Positions 51,860 through 64,000 of a DNA stretch of 64,000 bases are shown piece after piece. The DNA is taken from assembly GCA_021432655.1 (NCBI GenBank), contig MU271206.1, forward strand, positions 1 through 64,000. The letters are read 5' to 3'. The notes under the pieces were generated by a model. That model searched no databases, was not told where the DNA came from, and saw nothing but the letters and a program-made list of their open reading frames with translations. This DNA comes from Atractiella rhizophila (taxonomy: Eukaryota). Each line of letters begins with the position of its first letter. The stretch's first letter is position 1. The position numbers and the translations under genes are program-made.

Positions 51860-54269
51860 ATGCCGGACGGTGGCGATTCTCACTTCCAGATCAACCTGGA
51901 CTCAGAGCAAATCGTCTTTCGCGGAATTCAAGGACAGGACTTCGAACCCGCGACCATGAGTGGCGAGCTAGTACTGAACTTGGACGAGAGAGCATCGTTC
52001 AAGGAGGTCAGTATGGTTTTTCGAGGCACCGCATCACTTCTCCTCCCTCAGGACAATGGAGCGTTCCGTGCACATCCGACCCAGTTACCTCTATTCTTTC
52101 ATGACTTCCAATTCCTGTCATCGCCAGGTTCAGCGGAACATCATTCTCACACCCTGAATGCTGGTAGACACGCCTGGCCTTTCTCTCTTGTCCTCCCTAG
52201 CACGCTCCCTGCAAGTTTGAAGACTTTCAGTGGCGCGTGCGCCATTGAGTACAAGCTCAAAGCATTGGCGGTCAGGAAAGGACATTTTGAAAGGGACTTC
52301 AAGGCAAAGAAAGAAGTAAAGGTGTCAAGAATGCTTTCGGAGGAGGCGATGGAGTTCAATCAGACGCTGGAAATAGAGAATACGTGGCCCGGAAAGGTCA
52401 GTTACATTATAATCTTATGATTTTTAGCTAATCAGAAACAAACAGGTCATGTATTCGATAACCATACCGCACAAAGCTTACGCTGGAGGCGACCAAATCC
52501 CTGTCAACATGAAATTCTCCCCTCTCGCTAAAGGAGTGACCATTACTTCTGTCATGACATCGATACGAGAGAACGTCAGCGTTCATATTCGAGGAAATCA
52601 TCACGAAGCTAGAGATATTCTTACGACGAAACACTTATTCCGACGCCTCCCTACTACACAGGTGTGCGAAGAAAACGGAGAAGTTCACTCAAGTGGATAC
52701 GAAGCTGTTCAAGTTAGCTTGTGGCAGAAGACCCTCCCTGAAGCTGAAGGTAGTAACGTCGCCAGTGGCAGTGGAAGTGGCAGTGGAACATCGAGCCAGC
52801 CGAGGAGTGCGAGAGCAACTCCTTCTCATTCTCCTCATATCAGACCGTCGTTTCCAGGAGGCATGGCACCTCTCACCTCCCTCAACCTCGATACCTCTTC
52901 CCCCTCATCCAGCCCAGGTTGGTCAGGTGTTCCACTCAGTTCTTCGTTCCCTCTTCACTCCGCAAATCCAACCCCAGCGAATTCACGCCCTCCAAGCCTG
53001 CATAATCTCTCCCTACAGGATGACATCGCAGACGAAGAGATGTCTCCCGAAATAGATGTCGTGATCAATGTCAATGTCCCCACCTGGGCACTGCCATCCC
53101 ACAATCTTTCCCCTGCGATTGTCGCACACAAGATTAAGTGGAGTGCTTTCATCAAGAACCCGGACGGACACGTTAGCGAGCTCAGGTGCGCATTGCCAAT
53201 CACGATTTTAGCGCATCAGCACCTGGAAGAGGCAAGACTGGCAAGTCAGGGCACGAGGAATCTGCTCTTTGGCCCCTCTGGAGCGTTTATGCGAGCCGAT
53301 TTCCAACCTACTGAACTCCCAGCATATTCTGATCACGTGAGAGTCTTCCTTATTCGCTGCTGCTCCAGATTACTGACACCTGCACAGGTGCGAGATCGAC
53401 TCGCAAACGAAACTGACACTACAGTATCCTCGTCGGTCCACTTCCAACCTACGCCATGGTCATCCCGCTCAACACCAGCGTCAACTCCTTTTCACAGTCC
53501 TCCTTCTTCTCGTCCCCCTTCTCCTTCAGGCCGTCGCGGACACTCAGGGTTCTCCCTCTCTACGCTACCTACAGAGGCTCATGATGATGGAATACCCTCT
53601 CATTCCTCCTCTGGATCCAACACACCGGCTCATCCCCCAGACCATCACCATACCATCAACTGGGCGGATTCAGAGTTTTTGCGGTCCGTTGGGGATCTAC
53701 AAGAGACCCAACCCACAGGAGTAAGGACCGGGCCCTCTTCCCCCGCTGTTGAGCTGGGAAGTATGAATTATCCTTCCACTCACTCATCTTTCTCGTCGTC
53801 GAGACATGGACGCAGCGTCCCGAATACTCCGGACTCGGAACATTCCACAGGGAGGAAAGGAGGCTTTTTCTCCATCCAGCTTCCTAAGCCTCTTCGTCCC
53901 CTGACCGCTCTCAAGTCGTCGAAGCACTCCTCTCCTCACACTTCAGCTCCGCATTCTCCCCATTTCGATAACATGGAGGAAAGGCTTCGTCGATCTAGGA
54001 GTCGGGACGAGTTGAACGCTCGTTGGCAGGGTGGACATCGAGATGGCCACCAATCGACTACGCCAGATGGAAGCGGGAGTGGAGGACACGGGACACCTAA
54101 CTCTGTAACCGAGGAGGAAGGAGTTGACATCCTGTCCACTGTACCAAGCTATGAAATCGCTTCTCGCGGATTCCTGGGGGGCGTCGTGCCGCTCTCCAGC
54201 TCTGTCGGCCTGCCAACTTACGAGGATAGTTCAAGGCATCAGAACGACGGTCAAGGCTCGTCATCCTAA
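51860..54269 (+). CDS. Alpha-arrestin (Rod1/Rog3/CreD-like Rsp5 adaptor)
   Basis: Arrestin-N MSGELVLNL..TLNAGRHAWPFSLVLP..IEYKLKA, then QTLEIENTWPGK, NPDGHVSELRCALP and PY-type motifs LPAY, VPSY, LPTY. Confidence 0.92.
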
Positions 54270-54701
54270 TCTGGCGGCATGTTTATTCTGTCCACTTAAT
54301 GTTTCGCGTTTCTATTCGATATCTCTTTCTTCATTCCATTCGACAGTGAGAAGTTCCACTACAAATTCCAATAGACGGCACTCTTTTTTTCATTTCCGCG
54401 CATTATAGACGTTTCGAATATGATAAGTCGGTACCACCCCTCAGCTGATCAGAATTAGTAGTATTAATGTAATTAATCTGACAAATTGTTCTAATACCAA
54501 ACCTTTCAGTTAATCCCCAAAAGCATATATCCACACCACCATCTGATGCCTTATCCAGACAATTACTTTCCTCGTCCTACCCGCGGTGAGGTTGCAGCTG
54601 GCATCGCAGGCAGATCCACAATGGGCCAATTTGATTTGCCGTAAATTGTAAACTGGGCACGTCTGGGAACCTGAGAGCTCGAGTTCCACAAACTCCCTTC
54701 C

Positions 54702-55048
54702 TCAGGCATGCCTAAACATTTTGAATCCCATCCAGTTGACGATGACCGTGTAAAGCCCAATTGGTATCAGCAGAGGGACGAGGTATTTATAATGAGTGTC
54801 ATTCCTAAGCCAGTCCAATACCTACGTTCCACGTCAGCTCAGCCATAACATCTAATAGAATAAAGAACCGGAAAACCACTTTCGGGCACAAAAGGAGCGA
54901 TAGCCATCGACCAGACTCCTAATATGAAAAATGTGCATGAAATGAAGATAAGAAATACGCCGTAGAGAATCATGTCGTTGTCCATGTCATCGGAAGAGGT
55001 TGACTTGTTTTTTCTTCGGGGGCGACGAGAAATGGATGGCGGAGCCAT
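54702..55048 (-). CDS. PIG-Y/Eri1-type GPI-GlcNAc transferase subunit (two exons; second exon missed by the ORF track)
   Basis: Exon 1 MAPPSISRR..ILYGVFLIFISCTFFILGVWSMAIAPF. Exon 2 VLDWLRNDTHYKYLVPLLIPIGLYTVIVNWMGFKMFRHA*, matching the NWxGxKxFRH C-terminus of the family. Confidence 0.8.
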
Positions 55049-55967
55049 TGCTTGATATCCTAATGACAAACTAGTCAGATCAGGCTGCATTTACACATCA
55101 CGACTCTGAGCATTAAATAACAAAAGCTTGGACACTTCAACAGAAGACTTCAAATTGGCGCTAGGAACCTTTAAAACAGCTCTTCCATAATACACCTTGC
55201 TTATCTCAATTTGAATGAAAACATGCTCATGTTGTTAGAAAGAGAAAGTGACTGTAGATATGCTTAACAGATTAGCCATTGTATGCTTACAATATGAGAT
55301 ATAATATTGAGTATATCATCTTTCTGTCGAGCCATTCATTAACGCAAAGTGCGCCGGACTTTTTCACACCCAGGACGAAAGTCCTTTCGATAAAGCAAAC
55401 CACCTTTATGTCAAATCACAACAAGTGAGAATCCGTAGCAGCGTGGAAACGGACTGTAACAGGAAGCGCGGTGGATTTCACACACTTTTGAGAGTGTGAC
55501 GTAGACAACAGAGGACAAACCTCTTTGGTTCCGTCAGAATACACCACCTTTGACTCCTCGTGCAATTGAAGGCCCAAAATGGTCAATATTGTCGACAAAC
55601 CGAGGGTGGGATGGAACCAGGGACAAAATAACTCTTGTTCAGATTTAGGTTCCGAAATCATTTCTCGAAACATCAAATTCGACTCTGTCATTCGATTTCC
55701 TGCATGGTGGCGGCGTCAATGGAGTTAGTTGCACTGCGACTTGGGTTCTTTTTCTGGAGGCTCGTAAGCCCCTTTCTTTTCGAATGGACATCCCTTTGCA
55801 CATCTGAAGCAAAAATGTTTATTTGCCTTCACGTAGACGGATTGTGCTCTGCCGTGTTTGGAGCAATAAACAAATTTCTAACTGGAAGTCTTATGTCCAC
55901 TTGAGAGACATAGGCAACGCTGCCTACCTCTCAACAAATTCTACTGTCATATGTGTTTCCTTAAAAC

Positions 55968-57348
55968 TTATCTAGACAACATGGGCATTAGGAATGGTGG
56001 ATATCTCCCTCCTATCACACCAGATGTCACTTTCCTAATCTCCTTATCCTCCTCGTCACTAATATTGACGTCCAAAGCCTTGAGATTCTCAACTACCACA
56101 TGTGGTCTCGTAGATCCAGGAATTGGGATAAATCCTTCAGGCCATTGCTTCAATATCCAAGCAAGGGACAGTTGAGCTGGCGTCACTGCCTTCCTCGCAG
56201 CAATTTCTTTAAACTTCGATATACGGGCGTAATTTTCGTCCCAATTTTGGGCCTGTTATTCGCTCCAATTCTTAATTCCCAACTCGTGATGATTAAAGTA
56301 AGGAACTGACCTGGAAGCGGTCGAAGTGGTGCCTTCCGTCACCTTCGGCAATGTCAGAAGGCTTTTCAATAGTTCCACTGAGGAGTCCACGACCTGAAGT
56401 TGTGTAAACCATCCATCAATAGGCTGGCATCCAGTTGATGGGCGACATACTGATGGGGCTATATGCCGCGATGACGATCCCAAGCTCTTTGCAGGTTTCC
56501 AAGACTTTATTTTCCTCCATGTCCAGAGTGAATGGGCTGTACTCTTCTTCGAGCTAGATTGGAGGAATTAAATGGTTGCAACTTGAAGAAGAAGTTTTGC
56601 GTACAATTGATATTGGAGCTACTGCATGCGCACGTCGGATGGTATCTGCAGAACATCTATGATGCAATGTGAGCTCTGGACACGTTGAAGAAGAGATAAC
56701 TCACTCAGATAACCCAATGTAGTCGAACAATCCTTCCTCGACCAAGGCCCTCAGATCTTTCATGACCTGCTCTATCGGGACATTGATGTCCACTGCAGGA
56801 AAAGGATCAACAATCAATTCCAGAACTGACAAAGAACAGATGGCCATACCTCTTGCAGGCTCAAAGAGGTCGAGCCTTTTCCTCCCTCCCAAGAGCCTAT
56901 TAATGTTCTCGACGCTCTTTCGCAAATTCTCGGTCGAACAATCTGGCTGAAGCTTCTCCAAGTTGACAGCTCCTTTAACGGAGAGGAAACATTTCGATGC
57001 ATAGTCTGGGTATTTGGTAAAGAATCTGTTGAGGAGTTTGAGATTCGCTTCAGGGTCATCCTGGCCGTAGAACTCCCCTTAATGACTTGATTTAACGATG
57101 GTTTCAGGGGGCCAAAGACTGAAAAACGTACCTGAATTTAACATGGTGGATCCAGCGTCAATCGCCCCCTTGATAGCTTGGAATGCTTGTTCGTCTTCGG
57201 TTTGTTGCGGTCTCCAAGTCCTAAATGCTCATTTAGCCCTATTGCCTATGGTACGATGCACCACGATAACAGCGTACAAATTCATCAAACCATATCCCAT
57301 CCTTCCTACTTCGGTAGACTTGTACAAACCTTTGATTGTGACAGACAT
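55968..57348 (-). CDS. Aldo-keto reductase, pyridoxal reductase (Plr1)-like
   Basis: VGRMGYGLM, MLNSGEFYG, LLNRFFTKYPDYASKCFLSVKG, LDLFEPAR, FDYIGLSE, AYSP, IPIPGST. Confidence 0.88.
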
Positions 57349-57519
57349 CTTGAGTTGTTTCTCCCGCTTCCACTTTCAAACACGAGCGACGCGCGACTTT
57401 CTACTCTGTTTATGGCAGGACCTCGTCGACATGAATTCGCTTATACATCGATAACCTACCAGCCGCGCTTATGCTTTCCTCTCCATCTAACACTGGAGGT
57501 TAGTCAGTGTACGGTGAAC

Positions 57520-57592
57520 CGAAGTCGGAGAGACAAGTTGCGAGGTCGGAAAGCGGAACGCGGCGAGGTGTGAGGTTTGCGAAGTCGGAGAG
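57520..57592. promoter_or_regulatory. Three copies of CGARGTCGGARAG upstream of the pyridoxal-reductase-like gene
   Basis: cgaagtcggagag 57520-57532, cgaggtcggaaag 57541-57553, cgaagtcggagag 57580-57592; ~170-245 nt upstream of ATG 57348. Confidence 0.45.
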
Positions 57593-57870
57593 CTGAATGG
57601 AAGGGGGAATGCAGAAGGTGATCTGACTACTTATCTACGCTCGAAAATGCTCGATATTTAACTCCCGTCAATAATCCTAGTGGAAGTATGAAGAGACAGG
57701 TTGAACTGAGACAGGTTGAACGTAGACCCGCCGTGGCCAGCATTCGTTGGCTGTGACTAGCTGAAGTGGTGTTACAACTGGCATTCGTGATACTACACAG
57801 ATACTACATTTCATAGACCTAACGTTGACAGAATGAAATGTATTGTGTACAAATGAGCTGAAATCACTCC

Positions 57871-59602
57871 TCACTCAAAAGTCCATCTGAAGCAATCCAC
57901 GCAATCCTCGTCTTCAGGCCTGGCAACAGGAGGAAACCAGTCACCTTCTTCATCGTTACGTGCTGCTACGTCACTATTCCATGGCCACCACCATTTCGCT
58001 TTCTCATTTTTCGGGACGGGCCGCCAAAACTCTTTATTCAGCACTTGATCGATTACGACGCCGATTCGGTGATTCCTGACGTCGACACTCCATCCCTTCT
58101 CTCCTACGGTATCGAAAACCACGCTCTTGCCTGTGTGGCAGTGTGTCTCTAATGCCAGTCCCGCAAATGTGCAAGAAGAGAGGACGCCATTACTCCAAGT
58201 CCGAGACTGATGTTAGCTACCTAACTATAGAAACGAAACAAACACACACCAGACTCCCATCGGTGCTGGATCAGCAGTGTGATAAACATGGACGACTGGT
58301 GCATATCCAAAATCCTCATTCCCTAACGGGTCTCTGTTTGGATCTCCGGCGCCAAATCTGCTCGTGACTTGCTGCGTCACCGTCGTGTTCTCAAGACCTT
58401 GAACAGGCGGGAGTGGAAGATGCAACCTTTTCGCCGCCAACCGATCTGATGGAGCTTCGAATGTGACCGCTGGAATGGCGAATGTGATTGAAAGGAGAGC
58501 CGCGAGAGCTCCTCCAAGGGAATGGCCGACCAACCAAATTTGAGAAGTGGGATAAATTGTCGTGAGATTGTTGAACAGTTCCGTCGCGAGCGGGTAGTAG
58601 GAACCCTCATCCATCACAGCTTCTTCGACGCAGTCCTCGTCGCATGTATTTCCCGCGTTTGTAAGTGTGCCTGGTGGGGAGCTGGAACCGGCTGGCTTGT
58701 AGCAGTCGCATACTGGCGTCCAGGTCCAGTCTACTCGCGCGCAACAGCAGGAGAAAAAGAGGTTATCCTTTTAGGTCATGATCAACAATTAGCTGAATGA
58801 AAGAAATTGGCAACGGACGCAGCGTTTGTCGTTCGTGGTTGTGTTGCTCGAGTCGAGGTATGGCGTAGATGTGCCTTTAATCGCAACTATAACCTAAAGG
58901 TTTCGCAGGATGAGAAACTTGGCGGAAGCTTTCTCGAGAATGTAGAAACGAACGGTTTCGTTGCCTGCGGTGGCGAAGACGTGTCCTCGTAAATGTGGAA
59001 GGTCCCAGCCAAAGGAGGTAGCCTTGTTCTGAATCAGGGCCAATTATGAGAGGACAAGAAGACAACGAACAGTTTGCCATGTCTCATCGACATCTCTCCA
59101 GCCAGGCGGAAAGCTTCCGTTGACCGGTGGTGGATAGTAAGTGTCACTGAAGCGACGACATAAGGACGTGCGGAGTGTGACTTCTGACTTACTAAGTCAT
59201 CGTAGCCAGACTTCGTAGCGTTTCCCAATCAGTCGTGTCGGGAACTAGAACTTCTTCTTCCTCCCATTCCATCCCATCATCCCACGCATGCATTTCCTCT
59301 CCCTCACTTTGCCCTCGTGAGTGCCGGACTTTCTGTGCGCGAAAACGGGCATGCCGCAAAGCATGATATTCGGTAAGATTGAAAGGTTGTTTCGGACGGA
59401 CAATAACACTAGGTGTTGAGCGAACAGACAGCGTCTGAGTCGGTACCTGATCAAAGCTGGCTCCTTGTGTGGGTGGAGGTTTGGAGGCGACTGAGAATTG
59501 CTGTTTCTGAGACGGGGATTTGAGATGTGGGCGGCCAGTAAATGGAAATTGAGTCTCCAAGGACGATACGGGCAAGATGAAGAGGAATAGGTGAGGTAGC
59601 AT
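57871..59602 (-). CDS. ATG15: Autophagy lipase Atg15
   Basis: VPDTTDWETLRSLATMT, LLFSCCCARV, IWLVGHSLGGALA (GxSxG), FEAPSDRLAAKRLHLP, VYHTADP, ETHCHTG, HRIGVVI, EDEDCVDCFRW. Confidence 0.93.
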
Positions 59603-59956
59603 GATGATACCAGTAGGGTCGTTCTCAGGGAGTTTTCCTGGGATGGACCAAATTGGGCGAATCAAGACCCAGTTCAGATGTAGCACACCCTAACAGCACT
59701 TGCTAAACAGACCAATCTGAGAAGCTTTGGTAAGCAACGTAACGTGGTTCCAATACACGTACAGTGGGAGTGCTGCGTACAAACAAAAGGCGCCATAGTT
59801 TCGATCAGTTGTACTGCGGTCACAATATGGCTAAACTTGGGTGAACAAACTTTGACAAGTTGGGTAGAGAAATGGGAAGGATGGGATAAATAATTGAAGC
59901 CTAGCAAAGGTATGGCGCCAATAGGCAACATCAATCAATAAGTGTTAGTCGTGAGC

Positions 59957-61906
59957 TTAGTCAGTGTCTACATTGAACACTTCCTTCTCCCACGCCGACA
60001 ACTGGCCCTGTAAAGCCTCCACCTTCTCCTCCATCCCTTTCACTGCGGTCCGGTGCCTCGCAAACACCCCTTCCAGCAAGGCGTTCACCTCTCTACCGAG
60101 ATCCATTTCGACGCCCTTCCCTATCCGCTCCCAATCTCCCCAAAACCGTCGTTTCGCCTTCCTCCATCCTCTCTCCAGCAACCATGCACTACCCATCACG
60201 CCGAATGATGCTGTGCCGATGGACGTGCTTGGTTCCACCAAGTTGACCCAGTATGCTGAGGAAGGAAGAGCGAGGGACATGAAGGAGAGGCTGTATGTTC
60301 GAATGAGCAGAAGCTGTGCTTTGCGATGGAGGGAAGAGAGAAGGTTGGATAGTTGGACGCGACGTGTCTGAAGGGGGTGATATAGTGAGTAAGGCGTGAA
60401 TGGCGGGAATGGTGGAAGAGAGCTGAGTAGTGCAGGGCTCAGAAGATAGCTTGAATGCGAATCAATGGTTCTTTTAAGAATTGTTGATTGGGAAGAGAGA
60501 TAGCCAAGTTGGAATGAAAGCTGTTCGACCCGTTAACTCTGAAACGACGTAGGAGGAAGGACATACTTCTACCTCCAAAGTGCGAAGATAGAGTCCTTCC
60601 AGAGCGCTCTTCGTCTCCACTCCCAGATCGTCGCTCCTCCAAAACAGCTTGAACCACGCGAACCTCTTGTCCAACAGGTCCCCCAAGACCTCTTTCGATC
60701 GCATGAATAGCCTGTCATCGACCACTAGACTTCCATCTTCGTCCACGCTGAAAACTTGGCAGATATCCTTCTCTTTACCCAAAAGCTCCGCCATCAACCG
60801 ATCGATAGCCTCCCGCTGTTCGAGTAACCATGCCCGCTGGGAGGCAGAGAGATTGGAGGTAAATTGTAATGCGGACGAAAGGAGAAAGGGGGTTGCTGAA
60901 GAGGAGGATGATATGTGTGAAAGCACGTCTTTGAGCTTCGTGAGGCCGGACGATGACAGTGAGGAAATGTCACCCGGTTTTTCAGCTAAGAGCTGTGTGG
61001 ATATTTGTAGTACTTGAGCGTTGGGAAGGATTGATGGTGTTACAGGGGAGGCATCTTCGAGGACGAGATAGAGCTGAGGAAAGTTGCGAAGAACCGAGAG
61101 GAGAGGAGAGAGGTGGGTTTGCAGTAGAGTCTGTGTCGACCCGCTAAGACAGAGAACAACCGCTTCAGAGCCGTAGATGACGTCTTCTACTGAAGAAAGT
61201 GTAGTGGTATCAGGACTCTCAACCACGGCTCCGAAATCTGGAAGATGAAGTTCTTGAATTTGGATATTGCTTTGGTTCAGCCATGGGTCGTTGATTTGGA
61301 GATCCAAGTCTGAAGCGGATGGTTCTGAGGTGGAGTATCTGTAACACCATTCAGTCAGCCGGTTCTAGCGCTCTTGAGGGACACATACCCAATCGAGCAC
61401 TTTTGAATGCCCTCTCCAAGATCGGTATATGACCGACTCCTGAGCAACCGAGAGTTCGTTTGGTCACTTGCCAAAGTATCTTCTAGTAAAGCGGTGACAA
61501 TAGTCTTGCATTTCACAGCATCACCAAGAACTGCGATTTAGATCGCATTGAGAATCAGAAATTTAAGGCAGATAAACGAGCAAAGTATGTGCGACTAACC
61601 AACTGTCTTGGACGGGAACGAGTCGCTCTCCTCCTTCCTGAGTGCAAGCTCAAGCCTCCTTTCCCAGCTTTCCACTTCTTCCTTATGCTTTTCTACAGAT
61701 TTGAATCCATGGGCTCTGTCCCCAAGATGAAAGCTCTTGACGCGTTCTTCTTGAAGGAGGAAGCGAAGGTCTTTGAGTGCGCGTTTGCGAATGAGTTTTG
61801 GAGGAAGAGCTATGGTCCTTGACGAGACGTCTCTCGAGCCATCTTGAGTGCCAACGAAGCGCACAAAACGACGCGTGATCGTTGGTCTCGGCTGCCGTGC
61901 TAACAT
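59957..61906 (-). CDS. Probable mitochondrial membrane protein, Mmc1-like
   Basis: Arg-rich presequence-like start MLARQPRPTITRRFVRF. WFKLFWRSDD and C-terminal GVMGSAWLLERGWRKAKRRFWGDW. Family call is from memory of the motif pattern. Confidence 0.5.
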
Positions 61907-62820
61907 GAAAGTTTTTGAGTGCAAATGTTGATGAGGATTGAGCGGAACCTAGTTTCAAATAGCCATGTCTTTGCGCAGCATTTATTTCGCCCCTTAACTG
62001 GGCGAGGGGCTGACTGATGCTTCTGGAGCAACGACGAAGTGGTTTGGGTCTCAAAGTCCTGTGCAGTTCTCCTGCCAGGCACACAGGGCTCTGAAGGCGG
62101 AAGCCTTCATCCCAAAGTCGCTGAATCCCGCGGTAAGCGTCTTCACAAAAGATTGGGGCATGTTATGCTGATTGGAACAATCCGTGAAATCAGCTCTCAG
62201 TTGGAGTGACATCCTAGGCTCTCGCTCTCCACAGAAGGAGTGTCGGTACGGTCCAACCGCAGCTCCACATGCTTTAAGGAGTTGTGGTAAGTGTCTCTTT
62301 CTTGCGGTGGGGCAAAAGTTGAGAGTCGGTTTTGCATGGCCAGCTTTCTCATTTACGTTCTGTCGCACACCCATCATCCCGCTGTATCGTCAATCAGTCT
62401 CCCACAAAATCCACGATCGGAATCTTTCTTCCACAGACGGCGCCCCCGACACGCATTCAGTAGTTCGAGAATGTTGCAGTTTCCTCGAGATTGTTCGCTA
62501 TCCCTCCTCTAGCCGCTTGTACCCTTGACTTTGGAGATGTATACGCACACCATATTGCTTCATTTCAAGTGGCCGCCGTAGGGTGGCGCATCGCGGAATG
62601 ATTCGCAGACGGTCAGTATTCCTCCAGCAAAGTCAACGTCCATGCCTGGATCGCTGTGGATATACGGATTCTCTCTCTTGCTCTGGTAACTACCCATCCC
62701 TCGACTACCGTCTTCGTACAATGGACACGCCACCCGAAGTACACGTTCCTGGACAATCCCGTCCTATTTCGTGGTCCTCTGCTCGTCCCATCGAGCTTTC
62801 GCTCCTCTCGAGCACTTCCG

Positions 62821-63105
62821 CTCACCGCGAGCAATTCCCGTCTCGTCAACGCTGAGAGCTGCCCGTGCCTCTAAATCGACCTACCCGTCCAGTCAACGGA
62901 GGAGTATCAGACTCTGAACCGACCACCTTTTCCCGTTTGGTCAGCGGTGGGAGATTCCAGAACTCTCGAAATCGACTACTTTGCCGTCTTGTCAACGGAC
63001 GGAGCCGCGCAGCTCTAAATCGACTACCCCTTCCCGTTTGGTCAGCGAAGGGAGTGCTTTGCCCTCCAAATCGACCCCTTCCGTATCTGGTCAACATGGA
63101 AGGAT
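62821..63105 (+). repeat. Degenerate tandem array of about six 43-51 nt units, each with hairpin potential
   Basis: Units start at ~62821, 62869, 62912, 62963, 63013 and 63064. Consensus CTCTAAATCGAC-Yn-CCGT-N3-GTCARCG-N-GGAG. Confidence 0.75.
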
Positions 63106-64000
63106 TGAAGCTTCATCTAGACTGTAGAGGACGCCAGCTTGCTCATCTTTTAGCAGGCTCCTCCACCTGATACGTTTTTGCTCTTCGCGACGGGCATTAT
63201 TTTCCGCTCTGTTCGCCTGGTTCGACGATGGCTGCAGACTTCGATTCATCTAGTCAGATTATTCGGACCATCTGCAGGCTCATCGTCCAAAGAACCAACA
63301 TCATTTGAAATACGTTCTCACAATCGGCTGTATCCACGCATCTCAGCCAGCTCATGAAGTTTCGAAAGGCGATCGCCAACCCGAAACGACCCCAACTTTT
63401 CAAGATATCGCCCGGGTCGCCACGCACGACCCTTTGACCCCCGGCTCATCTCCCACTCGACGTATTTACATTCTGATCTATTGAGGAAGCAGTCGCAACC
63501 TCGCATTGTGCTCTGGCTCAGTGATTGGTTTGGAGCCGCCTGCTCCCCCACTCTTATGAGCTACCATCCGCGTACAGTCGAAGCTAGAAGCAATAGACAG
63601 CTGTGTATGTACGAGATTGAGAACTTTGGACCTGATCTCCATGGACGACGGATGCTCTGTCAATCTGCATCCTGATCTCAGTGATGTGGTTCGTCCATCT
63701 TTTTTGGTTAGGGGAGAGTCGTTTATAGCTGACTTCCGACTTAGACTTGATGTTTCTCTCCGTCTTCTCGACATCGACAGCTTGTCCTATCACCTGTTAA
63801 CCTTACCAAAACCGACCTCCGAGTAGAATCCTGCCCGTGTTTGCGCCTGATATTACCCTCTCATGTGCGTTGATCATTGCCTACCTCTTGCAAGCTCAAA
63901 CCGATGCTCTAGGCTGAATAGGCGCCAGAACGGCTCAATAAATGCCTCAAATATAACATGGGCACCGTCGTCCTCAGACTCCTACTCGAGATTCTGCAAC

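Noticed and set aside
55416..55950. Cys-containing fragmentary frames downstream of the PLR-like gene
   Set aside because: Frames are interrupted and cannot be assigned to a family.
57693..57721. Tandem duplication of GAGACAGGTTGAAC
   Set aside because: Two copies only, in a 3' or intergenic region; likely a simple slippage duplication.
62821..63105. CRISPR interpretation of the hairpin repeat array
   Set aside because: Eukaryotic context, no cas genes, repeats too degenerate and no unique spacers of constant length.
63170..64000. Broken plus-strand frames with LRTLDL-like strings (possible F-box/LRR pseudogene)
   Set aside because: Evidence is too weak to call, and the region is truncated by the window end.

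Overview
Eukaryotic, intron-dense fungal DNA, most likely a basidiomycete (inferred from gene content and ~45-60 nt introns with degenerate GT/GC donors). About 24 protein-coding genes could be reconstructed by hand-splicing. In order: SLF2/Nse6-like protein, DNMT1-family cytosine methyltransferase, small orphan, GH81 and GH128 beta-1,3-glucanases, membrane-anchored germin/spherulin, FSH1 hydrolase, Las1, aldo-keto reductase, atypical Zn2Cys6 factor, PRKRIP1, a head-to-head orphan pair, muskelin, S1P lyase, OPT transporter, CCDC130/YJU2B, PPxY orphan, alpha-arrestin, PIG-Y, pyridoxal-reductase-like AKR, ATG15 and an Mmc1-like protein. No tRNA, rRNA, CRISPR array or intact transposon was recognised. 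The strongest unexplained signals are: (1) an 857-nt muskelin intron that folds by eye into a large nested multi-helix RNA; (2) a 2-nt micro-exon needed to build the PLP-lysine of S1P lyase; (3) an array of ~50-nt stem-loop repeats near 62.8-63.1 kb; (4) a divergent pair of apparently paralogous orphan genes. Family calls come from recognising motifs, not from database searches, and some exon and start coordinates are approximate.
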